Assembly: GCA_045604705.1 (NCBI GenBank)
Contig: JAZUOO010000043.1
Span: 7,597 to 71,596, forward strand
Length of the DNA: 64,000 bases
Direction of reading: 5' to 3'
Source: Eubacteriales bacterium
GTDB taxonomy: Bacteria > Bacillota > Clostridia > Oscillospirales > CAG-382
This document shows positions 49,554 to 58,923 of this stretch, one piece after another. The notes under the pieces are model-generated. The model worked only from the letters and a program-made list of their open reading frames with translations. It did no database searches and was not told the DNA's origin. Positions within the stretch are counted from its first letter, which is position 1. Every line of letters begins with the position of its first letter. The position numbers and the translations under genes were made by a program.

Positions 49554-50777
49554 ATGCGATCAAAAAATTCATTAAATGAAGAAAAACGAGATTTTTCAAC
49601 CCCAATTCAGAAATTCGAATTCCCAACTTCGACTTTTTCAGAAGAATCCCTCTACATACACGGGGCAGTACCGCGGCAAAAGCCCTGCCGTCCCGTAAGC
49701 TTCCCGATATATCAGACCGCAACTTTTGAAAATCCCGGTCTTGCCGAGGAATGTCCATTTTCATACACAAGATGTGCAAATCCCACACGTTCTGCCCTTG
49801 AAAAAACCGTGGCACTATCCGAAAAAGGGGAGTACTGTTTTGCTTTTTCTTCGGGACTTTCCGCAATTCTTGCAGTATTTTCAACCCTTTCAAAAGGGGA
49901 ACATGTGGTGCTTTCCGAAGACATATATGGCGGCACTTACAGACTTATGAACGTCATATTCAAACGATTCGGAATAGAATGTACCCTCGCAGATTTCACA
50001 GACATCGAAAACGTTGAAAATGCCTGTAAAAGTAACACGAAGCTTATTTTTACCGAAACGCCTACAAACCCTATGGCGAGAGTTGCCGACATAAAAAAGT
50101 GTGCTGAAATAGCCCACAATATCAATGCAAAACTCTGCATTGACAACACATTCATGACTCCTTATCTCCAAAAGCCTCTCACCCTCGGTGCAGACATCGT
50201 AGTACATAGCGGAACAAAATACCTCTGCGGTCACCACGATACCAGTGCAGGTTTTGTGGTAACAAATAATCAGGAACTTGCCATACAAATCGAATACATA
50301 TCAAAAACAGAAGGAACAGCCCTGTCTCCCTTTGACAGCTGGTTAGTTATGCGTGGAATGAAAACTCTCCCTATACGAATAGATCGACACGAAGAAAACG
50401 CCCAAAAGGTATTCAAATGGCTAAAAAACAACAGAAACGTTGAACAAGTCTATTATTCCGGGGACAGTGACAATAAAGGGTATGACATCATGAAAAAACA
50501 AGCCAAAGGCTTCGGTGCGGTTATATCCTTCAGACTTAAATTTACATCTCTTGTAGAAAGTGTCCTCACCGGTGGAAACACAATAATATTTGCGGAAAGC
50601 CTTGGCGGTACTGAATCGCTCATTACATATCCCATAACGCAAACTCACGCTACAACACCGGATGATCTGAGAAGAAAAATAGGAATTGACGAAAAGCTCA
50701 TACGTCTGTCCTGTGGCATTGAACCTTACACAGACATAATATCCGACCTTGAAAACACACTAGGTAGAAATTTGTGA
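49554..50777 (+). CDS. Cys/Met-metabolism PLP-dependent enzyme (cystathionine beta-lyase / gamma-synthase family)
   Basis: ATG 49554 (Met58 of the listed ORF; the upstream part overlaps the hemW terminator). YTRCANPT, PLP-Lys motif HSGTKYLCGHHDTSAG and C-terminal IRLSCGIE. Confidence 0.88.
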   Translation: MRSKNSLNEEKRDFSTPIQKFEFPTSTFSEESLYIHGAVPRQKPCRPVSFPIYQTATFENPGLAEECPFSYTRCANPTRSALEKTVALSEKGEYCFAFSSGLSAILAVFSTLSKGEHVVLSEDIYGGTYRLMNVIFKRFGIECTLADFTDIENVENACKSNTKLIFTETPTNPMARVADIKKCAEIAHNINAKLCIDNTFMTPYLQKPLTLGADIVVHSGTKYLCGHHDTSAGFVVTNNQELAIQIEYISKTEGTALSPFDSWLVMRGMKTLPIRIDRHEENAQKVFKWLKNNRNVEQVYYSGDSDNKGYDIMKKQAKGFGAVISFRLKFTSLVESVLTGGNTIIFAESLGGTESLITYPITQTHATTPDDLRRKIGIDEKLIRLSCGIEPYTDIISDLENTLGRNL

Positions 50778-51655
50778 TGATACCGCTTTCTTTCACAAAA
50801 ATGACGGCATACGGAAATGACTACATATATGTGATCGACAGAGAAAAGAATCTTATAAAGCGTGATGAAGTATCAAGGATATTGTCGGAAAGAAACTTCA
50901 GCGTAGGTTCCGATGGTCTTATTGTAATCGAGGACAGCGACCTTGCGGATTTCTTTATGCGAGTATACAATCCTGACGGTACGGAAGCCGAAATGTGCGG
51001 AAACGGACTTCGCAGCGTCGGGAAACTTGTATACGAAAAAGGTCTTACATACAAAACAGAAATGACGATAGAAACCAAAGGAGGTATAAAACACGTAAAA
51101 CTTGACATTGACGATGGAAAAGTTATAAACATCAAAGCAGACATAGGAAGTCCTGTTTTTGAATGTAAAAAGATCCCGGTTATCGGAATGGGAGAGCGAC
51201 TTTGCGGTGAAAAACTTGAGATTGCTGACAGAACCTTTGTCGCATATGCAATGAGCCTTGGAAACCCTCATCTCGTACTTTTTTGTGATGACGTTGACAG
51301 GCTGAATATACAAAAATACGGAAAGGCAGCAGAATACCTTACCATATTCCCGAATCGAACAAATGTTGAATTCTGCAGGATAAATTCAAGGAAAACGATA
51401 CGTCTGCGAACATGGGAAAGGGGAACGGGCGAAACCAATGCCTGTGCAACCGGATGCTGTGCCTGTCTGTGTGCGGCTGTTCTCGCCGATATGTGCGATA
51501 GAGAAATGACAGTATTTCAGAACGGAGGTAAGACCTATGTGGAATGGGACGACAACGGTCATCTGCACATGACAGCTCCCTCTCGGATCGTATACGAGGG
51601 ACAAGTAATGCTTGACGAAAAGTACTTCAGAAACATAGGCGGTGAATCACTATGA
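50774..51655 (+). CDS. dapF: diaminopimelate epimerase
   Basis: FTKMTAYGNDYIYV and the two catalytic Cys motifs MCGNGLR and NACATGCCA. GTG 50774 overlaps the upstream stop (GTGA). Confidence 0.9.
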   Translation: MMIPLSFTKMTAYGNDYIYVIDREKNLIKRDEVSRILSERNFSVGSDGLIVIEDSDLADFFMRVYNPDGTEAEMCGNGLRSVGKLVYEKGLTYKTEMTIETKGGIKHVKLDIDDGKVINIKADIGSPVFECKKIPVIGMGERLCGEKLEIADRTFVAYAMSLGNPHLVLFCDDVDRLNIQKYGKAAEYLTIFPNRTNVEFCRINSRKTIRLRTWERGTGETNACATGCCACLCAAVLADMCDREMTVFQNGGKTYVEWDDNGHLHMTAPSRIVYEGQVMLDEKYFRNIGGESL

Positions 51656-53133
51656 TCATGCATGACCTGTTTGACTGCGAAATAATGAGCTTCGACGAAA
51701 ACTTCAGAAATCGCACCGTTGGATGTATAGTAACAAATACTGAAGAAGCAATAAAGAATAAGGATAATTCACCACTGTTTATATGCATAAACGGCACAAA
51801 GTACGATACCCATAAGGACATAGAAATGCTTATCTTAGAGGGAATAAAAGACATTGTTGTTGAAATCGGTCATGAAGTTCCCGAAATTGCCGATGACGTC
51901 AACATAATTTACTCCAAAAACACAAGAAAAACACTTGCTCTCGCATCAAAGTGTTTTTACAAAGATCCGGGAAGAAAACTAACGATCATTGGACTTACCG
52001 GCACAAAAGGCAAAACCACTGTATCATATATGTTGGAAAGCGTCCTGCATGAAGCGGGAATAAAATGCGGAATAATCGGTACAAATGGGATAATCTTCAA
52101 CAACCAAATACACGAATGCGAAAACTCCACTCCCGGCGCCAACGAATATTATCGTTATCTTAAAGAAATGTCTGACCACGGAATAACACATGTAATATGC
52201 GAAGTAACCTCCCAATCCCTGAAACAGTATCGAACCTACGGAACGACCTTTGAGATTGCTGCATTCACAAATTTATATCCCGATCACATAGGTAAGGACG
52301 AACACTCCGACTTTGAGGAATATCGATTATACAAAAGTACCCTTTTTGAAAGCTGCAGGAAAGCCGTCTTAAACATGGACGACCCGAACAGCACTTTTTT
52401 TGCCGATAAATGCTTATTAAATGATATTGATTTCGTATACTTTTCACTCCAAAACACGGTTGCAGAATATTATTGCAGCTCTTCCAAAACAAAGTGCATA
52501 AGCTCAAAATTCAGATATAGCGGTAAAGTAATCGCCATACCTTTACCTGGGGATTTTAACATCCAAAATGCAATGTGCGCAATTTCCATTCTCGAAGAAC
52601 TCGGACTAAAGATGAAGCATATCATAAAAGGACTTGCAAAAGTAAAAGTCCCCGGAAGATGTGAGAGCGTGGCAAATCCTGCCGGTATAAATATAATAAT
52701 TGATTACGCACATAACAAAGAAAGCCTTGAAAATATACTTAGCACCCTCAAGAAAGACTGTCGTGGTAAACTTTACTGCGTTTTCGGTGCAGGCGGTGAC
52801 AGATCAAAGCTCAGAAGAGGTGGAATGGGGGAGGCTGCATCAAAATTTGCAGATTATTCGGTGATCACAAGCGACAATCCACGAACGGAAGATCCCGATG
52901 ATATAATCAAGGACATCCTACAAGGCATCCCATCCGATTATAAAAATTACACAGTGTTTCCCGAAAGACAAAAAGCAATATATCACATCTTGGCAAAAGC
53001 AAAAAAAGGCGATACCGTTCTCCTTGCCGGAAAGGGTGCGCAGAATTATGAAGAAATCTGCGGTATAAAATACCCCTTTGACGAAAGAGAAACAGTATCA
53101 CAATACTATAAAAACAAAATTACTCGACGATAA
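51652..53133 (+). CDS. murE: UDP-N-acetylmuramoyl-L-alanyl-D-glutamate--2,6-diaminopimelate ligase
   Basis: GLTGTKGKTT, DYAHN and the DNPR(T)EDP DAP-specificity motif. The ATG overlaps the dapF stop (ATGA). Confidence 0.93.
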   Translation: MIMHDLFDCEIMSFDENFRNRTVGCIVTNTEEAIKNKDNSPLFICINGTKYDTHKDIEMLILEGIKDIVVEIGHEVPEIADDVNIIYSKNTRKTLALASKCFYKDPGRKLTIIGLTGTKGKTTVSYMLESVLHEAGIKCGIIGTNGIIFNNQIHECENSTPGANEYYRYLKEMSDHGITHVICEVTSQSLKQYRTYGTTFEIAAFTNLYPDHIGKDEHSDFEEYRLYKSTLFESCRKAVLNMDDPNSTFFADKCLLNDIDFVYFSLQNTVAEYYCSSSKTKCISSKFRYSGKVIAIPLPGDFNIQNAMCAISILEELGLKMKHIIKGLAKVKVPGRCESVANPAGINIIIDYAHNKESLENILSTLKKDCRGKLYCVFGAGGDRSKLRRGGMGEAASKFADYSVITSDNPRTEDPDDIIKDILQGIPSDYKNYTVFPERQKAIYHILAKAKKGDTVLLAGKGAQNYEEICGIKYPFDERETVSQYYKNKITRR

Positions 53134-53719
53134 TTTCACCGAAATATTCCGGTCTGTGGAAATCCGGCTTTGGCGTGTCTATCTTGTTCCATGTGATATA
53201 GTGAGGATTTTCGCCATCTTTACCACACTTATAAAAATTACCTTTAAATACGTATCCGCTGGTTATCTCAAAATCACCGTAAACTGCGTGGAGAATCTCA
53301 TTACCGATAACAGCATCCGCAATCCAACACTCATCGTTCTTTGTAATTGTAATTTCAGGTGATAGTCCGAGCGTTGGAAGTATACGTGTTCTCACATCGC
53401 CCCTGCCAGGACCGAAACTTAGAACAAAAGCACCGTTGGAGTTTGTTTCAAAATTAATGTAGTCCTTGCTTTTTTCGGTACAAAGATTAAAGAAGCACTC
53501 CATACAACTGTCATTAGAAACAGGATCATACGGCTTAGTATACCTTGTTAATGGATTTTTCTCGAAACAGGTCAGTCTTACAACTATTCCCCTGTCGCGG
53601 ATATAGGTCATTTGTACCGTCGTTTTTGGCGTATATGGATAATTCCATGTATTGCTTGTTATTTCCACAGCGGGACAATCCTCGATAGCTCTGCCTATTT
53701 TAATTTTGTACTGATTCAT
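53120..53719 (-). CDS. cytoplasmic carbohydrate-binding family 9 (CBM9)-like protein
   Basis: GGAAAGG RBS. DSCMECFF, YINFETNSNG, GNFYKCG and PDFHRPEYFG match the CBM9-like 'sugar-binding protein' family as I recall it. The 3' end overlaps the murE 3' end by 14 nt. Confidence 0.7.
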   Translation of the reverse strand: MNQYKIKIGRAIEDCPAVEITSNTWNYPYTPKTTVQMTYIRDRGIVVRLTCFEKNPLTRYTKPYDPVSNDSCMECFFNLCTEKSKDYINFETNSNGAFVLSFGPGRGDVRTRILPTLGLSPEITITKNDECWIADAVIGNEILHAVYGDFEITSGYVFKGNFYKCGKDGENPHYITWNKIDTPKPDFHRPEYFGEIIVE

Positions 53720-54096
53720 ATTATGCCTTTCCCGAATCCGAATTTTATATTTTCGGACCCTGTTTTGGATTTTTTACAGTATACCACCTATCTCGAATTT
53801 TTTCAAGTCTTTTTAAAAAAAGGTACAAAAAAGTAAAACCAATACATCTTGATGATAAAAGAAAAGAACGATGAGAAATAATACGGAAATATAGTAGAAA
53901 TCGTAACCTGAGCCCATTGTTGCTTCAAACATTGATACATGGAAATTAAGATTTGAATCACTTATTGAAATCTACTACGAATGATAGCATTACTGTTAGA
54001 TCTCCGTTGCAATATACGGAGAATTTAATTTTACAGGTAGACTTGTTCATGTTTTTTGTGATATAATATATAAAATTTTTCGTAAGGGGTAACATT

Positions 54097-54675
54097 GTGA
54101 CTAATAAAGAAAAATTCATACAAATATTCAAAGAAAACATCAAACGAGAGGGAAGCGGTGAGCTATTATCATGGCTTGAAAAGACAGATTTCTTCACAGC
54201 TCCCGCAAGTACAAAATTCCATCTCTGCGAGGAGGGCGGACTCTGTGAACACAGTATAAACGTATACGAGTGTCTTGCAGAACGCCACGGAAGCGAACAT
54301 AACGCGGAAAGTATTGCCATAGTATCTCTGCTTCACGATTTGTGTAAAGCTCAATTTTACAAAATGACCATGAGGAATCAGAAGAATGAACAAACAGGTC
54401 AATGGGAAAAGGTACCCTATTATCAGGTAGAAGATAAATTTCCTTTCGGTCACGGTGAAAAATCTGTATTTCTCATCGAACGTTTTATGAGACTTAAGGT
54501 AGAAGAAGCAATTGCAATAAGATGGCATATGGGTGGATTTGATGATACTGCAAAATCAGGTGGATTTACAATCAGCAACGCATTTGAAATGTATCCTCTA
54601 GCAGTAAAGCTTCACATAGCGGATATAGAGGCAACGTATCTGCGTGAAGGTGAAAAGAAGCCGACAATGTTTTGA
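54097..54675 (+). CDS. HD-domain phosphohydrolase
   Basis: AAGGGGT RBS + GTG. STKFHLCEEGGLCEHS and SLLHDLCK (H...HD) motifs. Confidence 0.8.
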   Translation: MTNKEKFIQIFKENIKREGSGELLSWLEKTDFFTAPASTKFHLCEEGGLCEHSINVYECLAERHGSEHNAESIAIVSLLHDLCKAQFYKMTMRNQKNEQTGQWEKVPYYQVEDKFPFGHGEKSVFLIERFMRLKVEEAIAIRWHMGGFDDTAKSGGFTISNAFEMYPLAVKLHIADIEATYLREGEKKPTMF

Positions 54676-54810
54676 GCCTTATGAGAGAAAGCAATAAACG
54701 GACAACAGTGATTTTTTAAATCCACTTACAGCTCGGACCACATATATAACGTAATATGGGATGTCATAAATAGGATTCCCGGCGACACAAAAATTATCAA
54801 GCTTAACAAA

Positions 54811-54846
54811 ATCTCCCAAACGGCACATAAAAGTCGGATGGGAGAT
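54811..54846. terminator. bidirectional terminator between the HD gene and pflA
   Basis: ATCTCCCA-20 nt-TGGGAGAT. Followed by GTTTTTTATTTG on + and TTTGTT on -. Confidence 0.55.
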
Positions 54847-54851
54847 GTTTT

Positions 54852-55577
54852 TTATTTGTTTTTCTGTATAACTTCATTTAGAAGTTTCATCTTAACCTGA
54901 TCAGGTTCCGGAATATCCTCAAAAGGAAATGAAATATTCATACTATCATACTTGACCTTGCAGATTTTCCTAAAAGGCAGAAGCTCAATTTTGTCAACAC
55001 AAGAATGATTCTTTTTTAGTTCACAAAGCTTAAGAATATTCTTGTCATTGTCATTTAATCCCGGAATAATGACTTGTCTGAGTGTCACGGAAACACAGGC
55101 ATTACAAAGATAGCCCAAAAACTCAATTACCTTAGAATAACTGCATCCAACGTATTTTCTGTATAATTCCTCTTCGGTATACTTTATATCGAGAAGAACC
55201 CTATCCGTTTCAGTAAGAAGCTTTTTTACACCATCATTTAGTAAATATCCCGATGTATCAAGACAGGTGTTGATTCCGTTAGCATGACACATATTGAACA
55301 CTTCATAAGCAAATTCTGCCTGCAGCAATGGTTCTCCGCCGGAAAGTGTTATCCCACCGTCTTTACCGAAATATTCACGATATTTTTTCACTCTTTCAAG
55401 AACTTCTGTGGGAGTGTATTCAGTTCCGCTACAAAGCTCCCAAGTGTCCGGATTATGACAGCACCCACATCTCAGAGTACATCCCTGAAGAAAGGCTACA
55501 AACCTTATTCCCGGTCCGTCAACAGTTCCAAGACTTTGAAATGAGTGTATCCTGCCCGTAACAGTATCCTTTGTCAT
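54852..55577 (-). CDS. pflA: pyruvate formate-lyase activating enzyme (radical SAM)
   Basis: [26 protein letters not shown]. The ATG overlaps the pflB stop (ATGA). Confidence 0.95.
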   Translation of the reverse strand: MTKDTVTGRIHSFQSLGTVDGPGIRFVAFLQGCTLRCGCCHNPDTWELCSGTEYTPTEVLERVKKYREYFGKDGGITLSGGEPLLQAEFAYEVFNMCHANGINTCLDTSGYLLNDGVKKLLTETDRVLLDIKYTEEELYRKYVGCSYSKVIEFLGYLCNACVSVTLRQVIIPGLNDNDKNILKLCELKKNHSCVDKIELLPFRKICKVKYDSMNISFPFEDIPEPDQVKMKLLNEVIQKNK

Positions 55578-57805
55578 ATCACCTCATGGAAGGTACGACT
55601 GATGACCTCACGCTGCTGCTCTCTGGAGAGTTTGTTGAAGTTTACCGCATATCCGGATACTCTGATGGTGAGGTTCGGATATGCCTCGGGATTTTCATAG
55701 GCATCCATCAGCGTCTCACGATTCAGAACATTGATATTTATGTGATGAGCTTTCTTTGCAAAGTATCCGTCAAGAATACCCACAAGATTGTCAACTCTGT
55801 CCTGTTCGCTTCTGCCAAGTGCCTCCGGAGTAATGGAGAACGTATTTGAAATACCGTCACGGCAGTCATCATAGCTAATTTTTGCAACAGAGTTAAGCGA
55901 AGCAAGAGCACCGTTCTCCTCTCTGTTGTGCATAGGATTTGCACCGGGAGCGTAGGGCTGGAATGCACCTCTGCCGTCGGGAGTGGCACCGGTATTTTTT
56001 CCGTACATTACATTGGAAGTAATTGTGAGAACGGAAAGAGTATGCTCCGCATTTCTGTAAGTTGGAGTTTTGCGAAGCTCGGTTATAACCTTGTGAGTAA
56101 GTTCCTTTGCAATAAGGTCAACTCTGTCGTCATCGTTACCGTACTTAGGGAAGCTTCCCGTGGTTTCAAAGTCAACAATGAACCCCTTTTCATCCTTAAT
56201 CGGCTTAACATTCGCATACTTTATCGCACTGAGTGAATCCGCAACAACCGAAAGTCCCGCAATACCGAATGCCATAAAACGATGCACATCCGTATCATGC
56301 AGAGCCATCTGGATTTTTTCATAGGCGTACTTGTCATGCATATAATGAATAATATTCATTGTATTAACATACAGATGAGAAAGCCAGGCAATGTATATGT
56401 CAAATCTCTTTTCAACTTCGTCGTAGTCAAGCTTGTCCGTATCAAGAACATCCATCTGAGGACCTATATGCATATTGCTTGTGGAATCATAACCACCGTT
56501 GAGTGCAATAAGAAGGAGCTTTCCGAGATTACATCTTGCACCGAAGAACTGCATTTGCTTACCGACCTTCATCGCAGAAACGCAACAAGCTATCGCATAA
56601 TCATCGCCGTAAATGGGACGCATGATGTCATCGTTTTCATACTGAATGGAGTCAGTTTCAACAGATACCTTAGCACAGAATTTCTTAAAGCCATCCGGAA
56701 GGGAATTTGACCAAAGCACCGTGAGGTTAGGTTCGGGAGAAGATCCGAGAGTGTAGAGAGTATTGAGTATTCTGAAGCTGCTCTTTGTAACAAGCGTTCT
56801 TCCGTCTTCGCCCATTCCGCCAACAGCTTCTGTTATCCACATTGGGTCGCCGCCGAAAAGCTCGTTGTATTCGGGAGTTCTCAGATGTCGTGCAATTCTG
56901 AGTTTTGTAACAAAATCATCAATTATCTCCTGTGCACCCGCTTCATCAAGCTCACCCTTTGCCATATCTCTTTCAATGTAAATATCAAAGAAAGTACTCA
57001 CCCTGCCCAGGGACATTGCGGCACCGTTCTGTTCCTTTATAGCCGCAAGATATGCGAAATATGTCCATTGTACAGCTTCTCTTGTGTTCTTTGCGGGCTC
57101 GGAAATATCAAAGCCATACATAGCCGCCATTTCTTTAAGATAGCCAAGGAAAGCGATCTGCTGGTAAAGTTCCTCGTCAAGGCGTATTTCATCTGTATTA
57201 AAAGAGCCGGATGCAAGTCTTGCTTTATCTTTTTTCTTTTCTTCGATAAGCATATCAACGCCATAAAGAGCAACTCGTCTGTAGTCACCGATGATTCTGC
57301 CTCTGCCGTAAGCGTCCGGAAGACCTGTAATAACATGACACTTTCTTGCGGCTCTCATCTCGTCAGTGTAAGCTCTGAACACACCCTCATTGTGAGTGGT
57401 TCTGAATTTGAATTCTTCCTCGACCTTGTCACTGAGTTTATAACCGTAAGCCTCACAGGCCTGACGAACCATTCTTATGCCGCCAAAAGGATTAACGCTT
57501 CTTTTGAGGGGTCTGTTAGTCTGCATACCCACAATGATTTCATTATCCTTGTCAATATATCCGGGTGAAAAGCTTGTAAGTGAAGAAACGGTAGCTGTAT
57601 CAATGTCGAGAACGCCACCGAATTGACGCTCGAGATTAAAGAGGCTCTGAACCTTTTTTGAGATGATCTTTGTACGTTCGGTAGCCTCAGCCAGAAAATC
57701 ACTGTCACCTTTATATTCGGTGTAATTGTTCTGAATAAAATCACGGACATTTATCTCCTGCGTCCAAACACCGTAATTAAATCCTGTCCATTGCTTAAAA
57801 TCCAT
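55574..57805 (-). CDS. pflB: formate C-acetyltransferase (pyruvate formate-lyase)
   Basis: AGGAGGTG RBS. Active-site CCVS region (ACCVSAM) and glycyl-radical motif [11 protein letters not shown]. Confidence 0.97.
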   Translation of the reverse strand: MDFKQWTGFNYGVWTQEINVRDFIQNNYTEYKGDSDFLAEATERTKIISKKVQSLFNLERQFGGVLDIDTATVSSLTSFSPGYIDKDNEIIVGMQTNRPLKRSVNPFGGIRMVRQACEAYGYKLSDKVEEEFKFRTTHNEGVFRAYTDEMRAARKCHVITGLPDAYGRGRIIGDYRRVALYGVDMLIEEKKKDKARLASGSFNTDEIRLDEELYQQIAFLGYLKEMAAMYGFDISEPAKNTREAVQWTYFAYLAAIKEQNGAAMSLGRVSTFFDIYIERDMAKGELDEAGAQEIIDDFVTKLRIARHLRTPEYNELFGGDPMWITEAVGGMGEDGRTLVTKSSFRILNTLYTLGSSPEPNLTVLWSNSLPDGFKKFCAKVSVETDSIQYENDDIMRPIYGDDYAIACCVSAMKVGKQMQFFGARCNLGKLLLIALNGGYDSTSNMHIGPQMDVLDTDKLDYDEVEKRFDIYIAWLSHLYVNTMNIIHYMHDKYAYEKIQMALHDTDVHRFMAFGIAGLSVVADSLSAIKYANVKPIKDEKGFIVDFETTGSFPKYGNDDDRVDLIAKELTHKVITELRKTPTYRNAEHTLSVLTITSNVMYGKNTGATPDGRGAFQPYAPGANPMHNREENGALASLNSVAKISYDDCRDGISNTFSITPEALGRSEQDRVDNLVGILDGYFAKKAHHININVLNRETLMDAYENPEAYPNLTIRVSGYAVNFNKLSREQQREVISRTFHEVI

Positions 57806-57978
57806 ATGTACACCTCCTGAAATATAAAATTATCTGTACTAAACAAAAAAGAGCAACACAGTACATATAACTGAATTGCCCAGACGGTCGGCTGTATATC
57901 CGTACGCTTCCTTGCGGTAAATCCGCCTGTCCGTCAGTTACATACGGTCTGTATACTATATCTTGTATACACAAAAAC

Positions 57979-58007
57979 ATTATACGCTAAGTTTCGTGGT
58001 TTGTCAA
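57979..58007 (-). promoter_or_regulatory. consensus sigma-A promoter of pflB-pflA
   Basis: On the minus strand: TTGACA - 17 nt - TATAAT. This implies a leader of roughly 165-170 nt before the pflB ATG. Confidence 0.65.
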
Positions 58008-58471
58008 TAGGTGAAAGCAAAATATATTATATTCGTCATATTTCACAAAAAGATGTCATATTTTGAATTCATCACCGACAAAAGAAAGAAAAGTTGGCAG
58101 GCAAGCCGGTACAAAGTTCAGAAATTTTCATCTTATTTTTCTTTTCGTATCGGTTATTGTCAATATGCGAGAATATAAACTTCTTAAAGCGGTACATTGG
58201 AAATGTGGGTATCGCTTTTTCAAAACATTGTGAATTAGCTCGATACAAACATCGAAATTTACTTTCAGAACAATTTTTGGAAAATCAGAAAAATCACAAT
58301 GTGGAAGAATTGAATCTTTTATCAGTAGGGTATACCATAGCTTTTATCCAAAGTTTTAAAAAGCATTTGCACGCATCCTTTCGGAAAATTCCGACAATTA
58401 TCTCATCCGATACACATATTATAATCAATTTACGCGTTGTATTCAATAACAATTTTTTAAGTTATATTGAA

Positions 58472-58490
58472 TCCTACTTGACAAGTAGGA
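58472..58490. promoter_or_regulatory. perfect 9-1-9 palindrome overlapping the -35 of the metal-resistance operon promoter
   Basis: TCCTACTTG-A-CAAGTAGGA. It contains the TTGACA -35 hexamer. Confidence 0.5.
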
Positions 58491-58506
58491 ATTTATGTGT
58501 TATAAT
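58478..58506 (+). promoter_or_regulatory. consensus sigma-A promoter of the ArsR-family / P1B-ATPase operon
   Basis: TTGACA - 17 nt - TATAAT with TGT extended -10. Confidence 0.7.
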
Positions 58507-58515
58507 CAAAACATC

Positions 58516-58535
58516 ATATGAACAACTATTCAAAT
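58516..58535. promoter_or_regulatory. candidate ArsR/SmtB-type operator (imperfect inverted repeat)
   Basis: ATATGAACAACTATTCAAAT has a TGAACA-N2-TATTCA core like the CzrA/CadC-type operators as I recall them. It lies just downstream of the -10. Confidence 0.5.
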
Positions 58536-58557
58536 GTTTGTTTTTAAGAGGTGCAAA

Positions 58558-58911
58558 ATGAAACAGAATATCATTTGCGAAGAAAGTATTATCCACGCGG
58601 ATACAATTAAAACGATTAGAGAAAGTATGCCAAGCTCAGATAAAGTAATGCGTGTATTCGAACTTTTCAAAATTTTTGGTGACATAACTCGTGCCAACAT
58701 CATATGTGTTCTGTTCCAATCGGAAATGTGCGTATGTGATATAGCCAATATTTTGGGGATGACACAAAGTGCGATTTCTCATCAACTGAGAATACTTAAA
58801 ACATCAAGACTGGTAAAATACTGCAGGAAAGGGAAGTCTGTATTCTATTCTCTCGACGATGAGCACATCAGCGAAATATTCAAGCTTGCCATAAAACACG
58901 TTTCGGAATAA
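58558..58911 (+). CDS. ArsR/SmtB family metalloregulator, CadC-like
   Basis: AAGAGGTG RBS precedes ATG 58558. HTH MTQSAISHQLRILK. Cys7 plus Cys58-Val-Cys60-Asp sit at exactly the positions of the CadC thiolate (alpha3N) site. Confidence 0.9.
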   Translation: MKQNIICEESIIHADTIKTIRESMPSSDKVMRVFELFKIFGDITRANIICVLFQSEMCVCDIANILGMTQSAISHQLRILKTSRLVKYCRKGKSVFYSLDDEHISEIFKLAIKHVSE

Positions 58912-58923
58912 AAGGAGTTTGTT

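Noticed and set aside
56885-57568. 227-aa ORF antisense to pflB (with similar ones at 55928-56710)
   Set aside because: These are shadow ORFs within the highly conserved pflB coding region. They have no start signals and a low-complexity product.
58094-58561. 155-aa TTG-initiated ORF upstream of the ArsR-family gene
   Set aside because: It runs through the consensus promoter and both operators of the metal operon. It has no RBS and a Phe/Ile/Leu/Asn-rich AT-driven composition. The region is better explained as the divergent pflB / metal-operon regulatory spacer.
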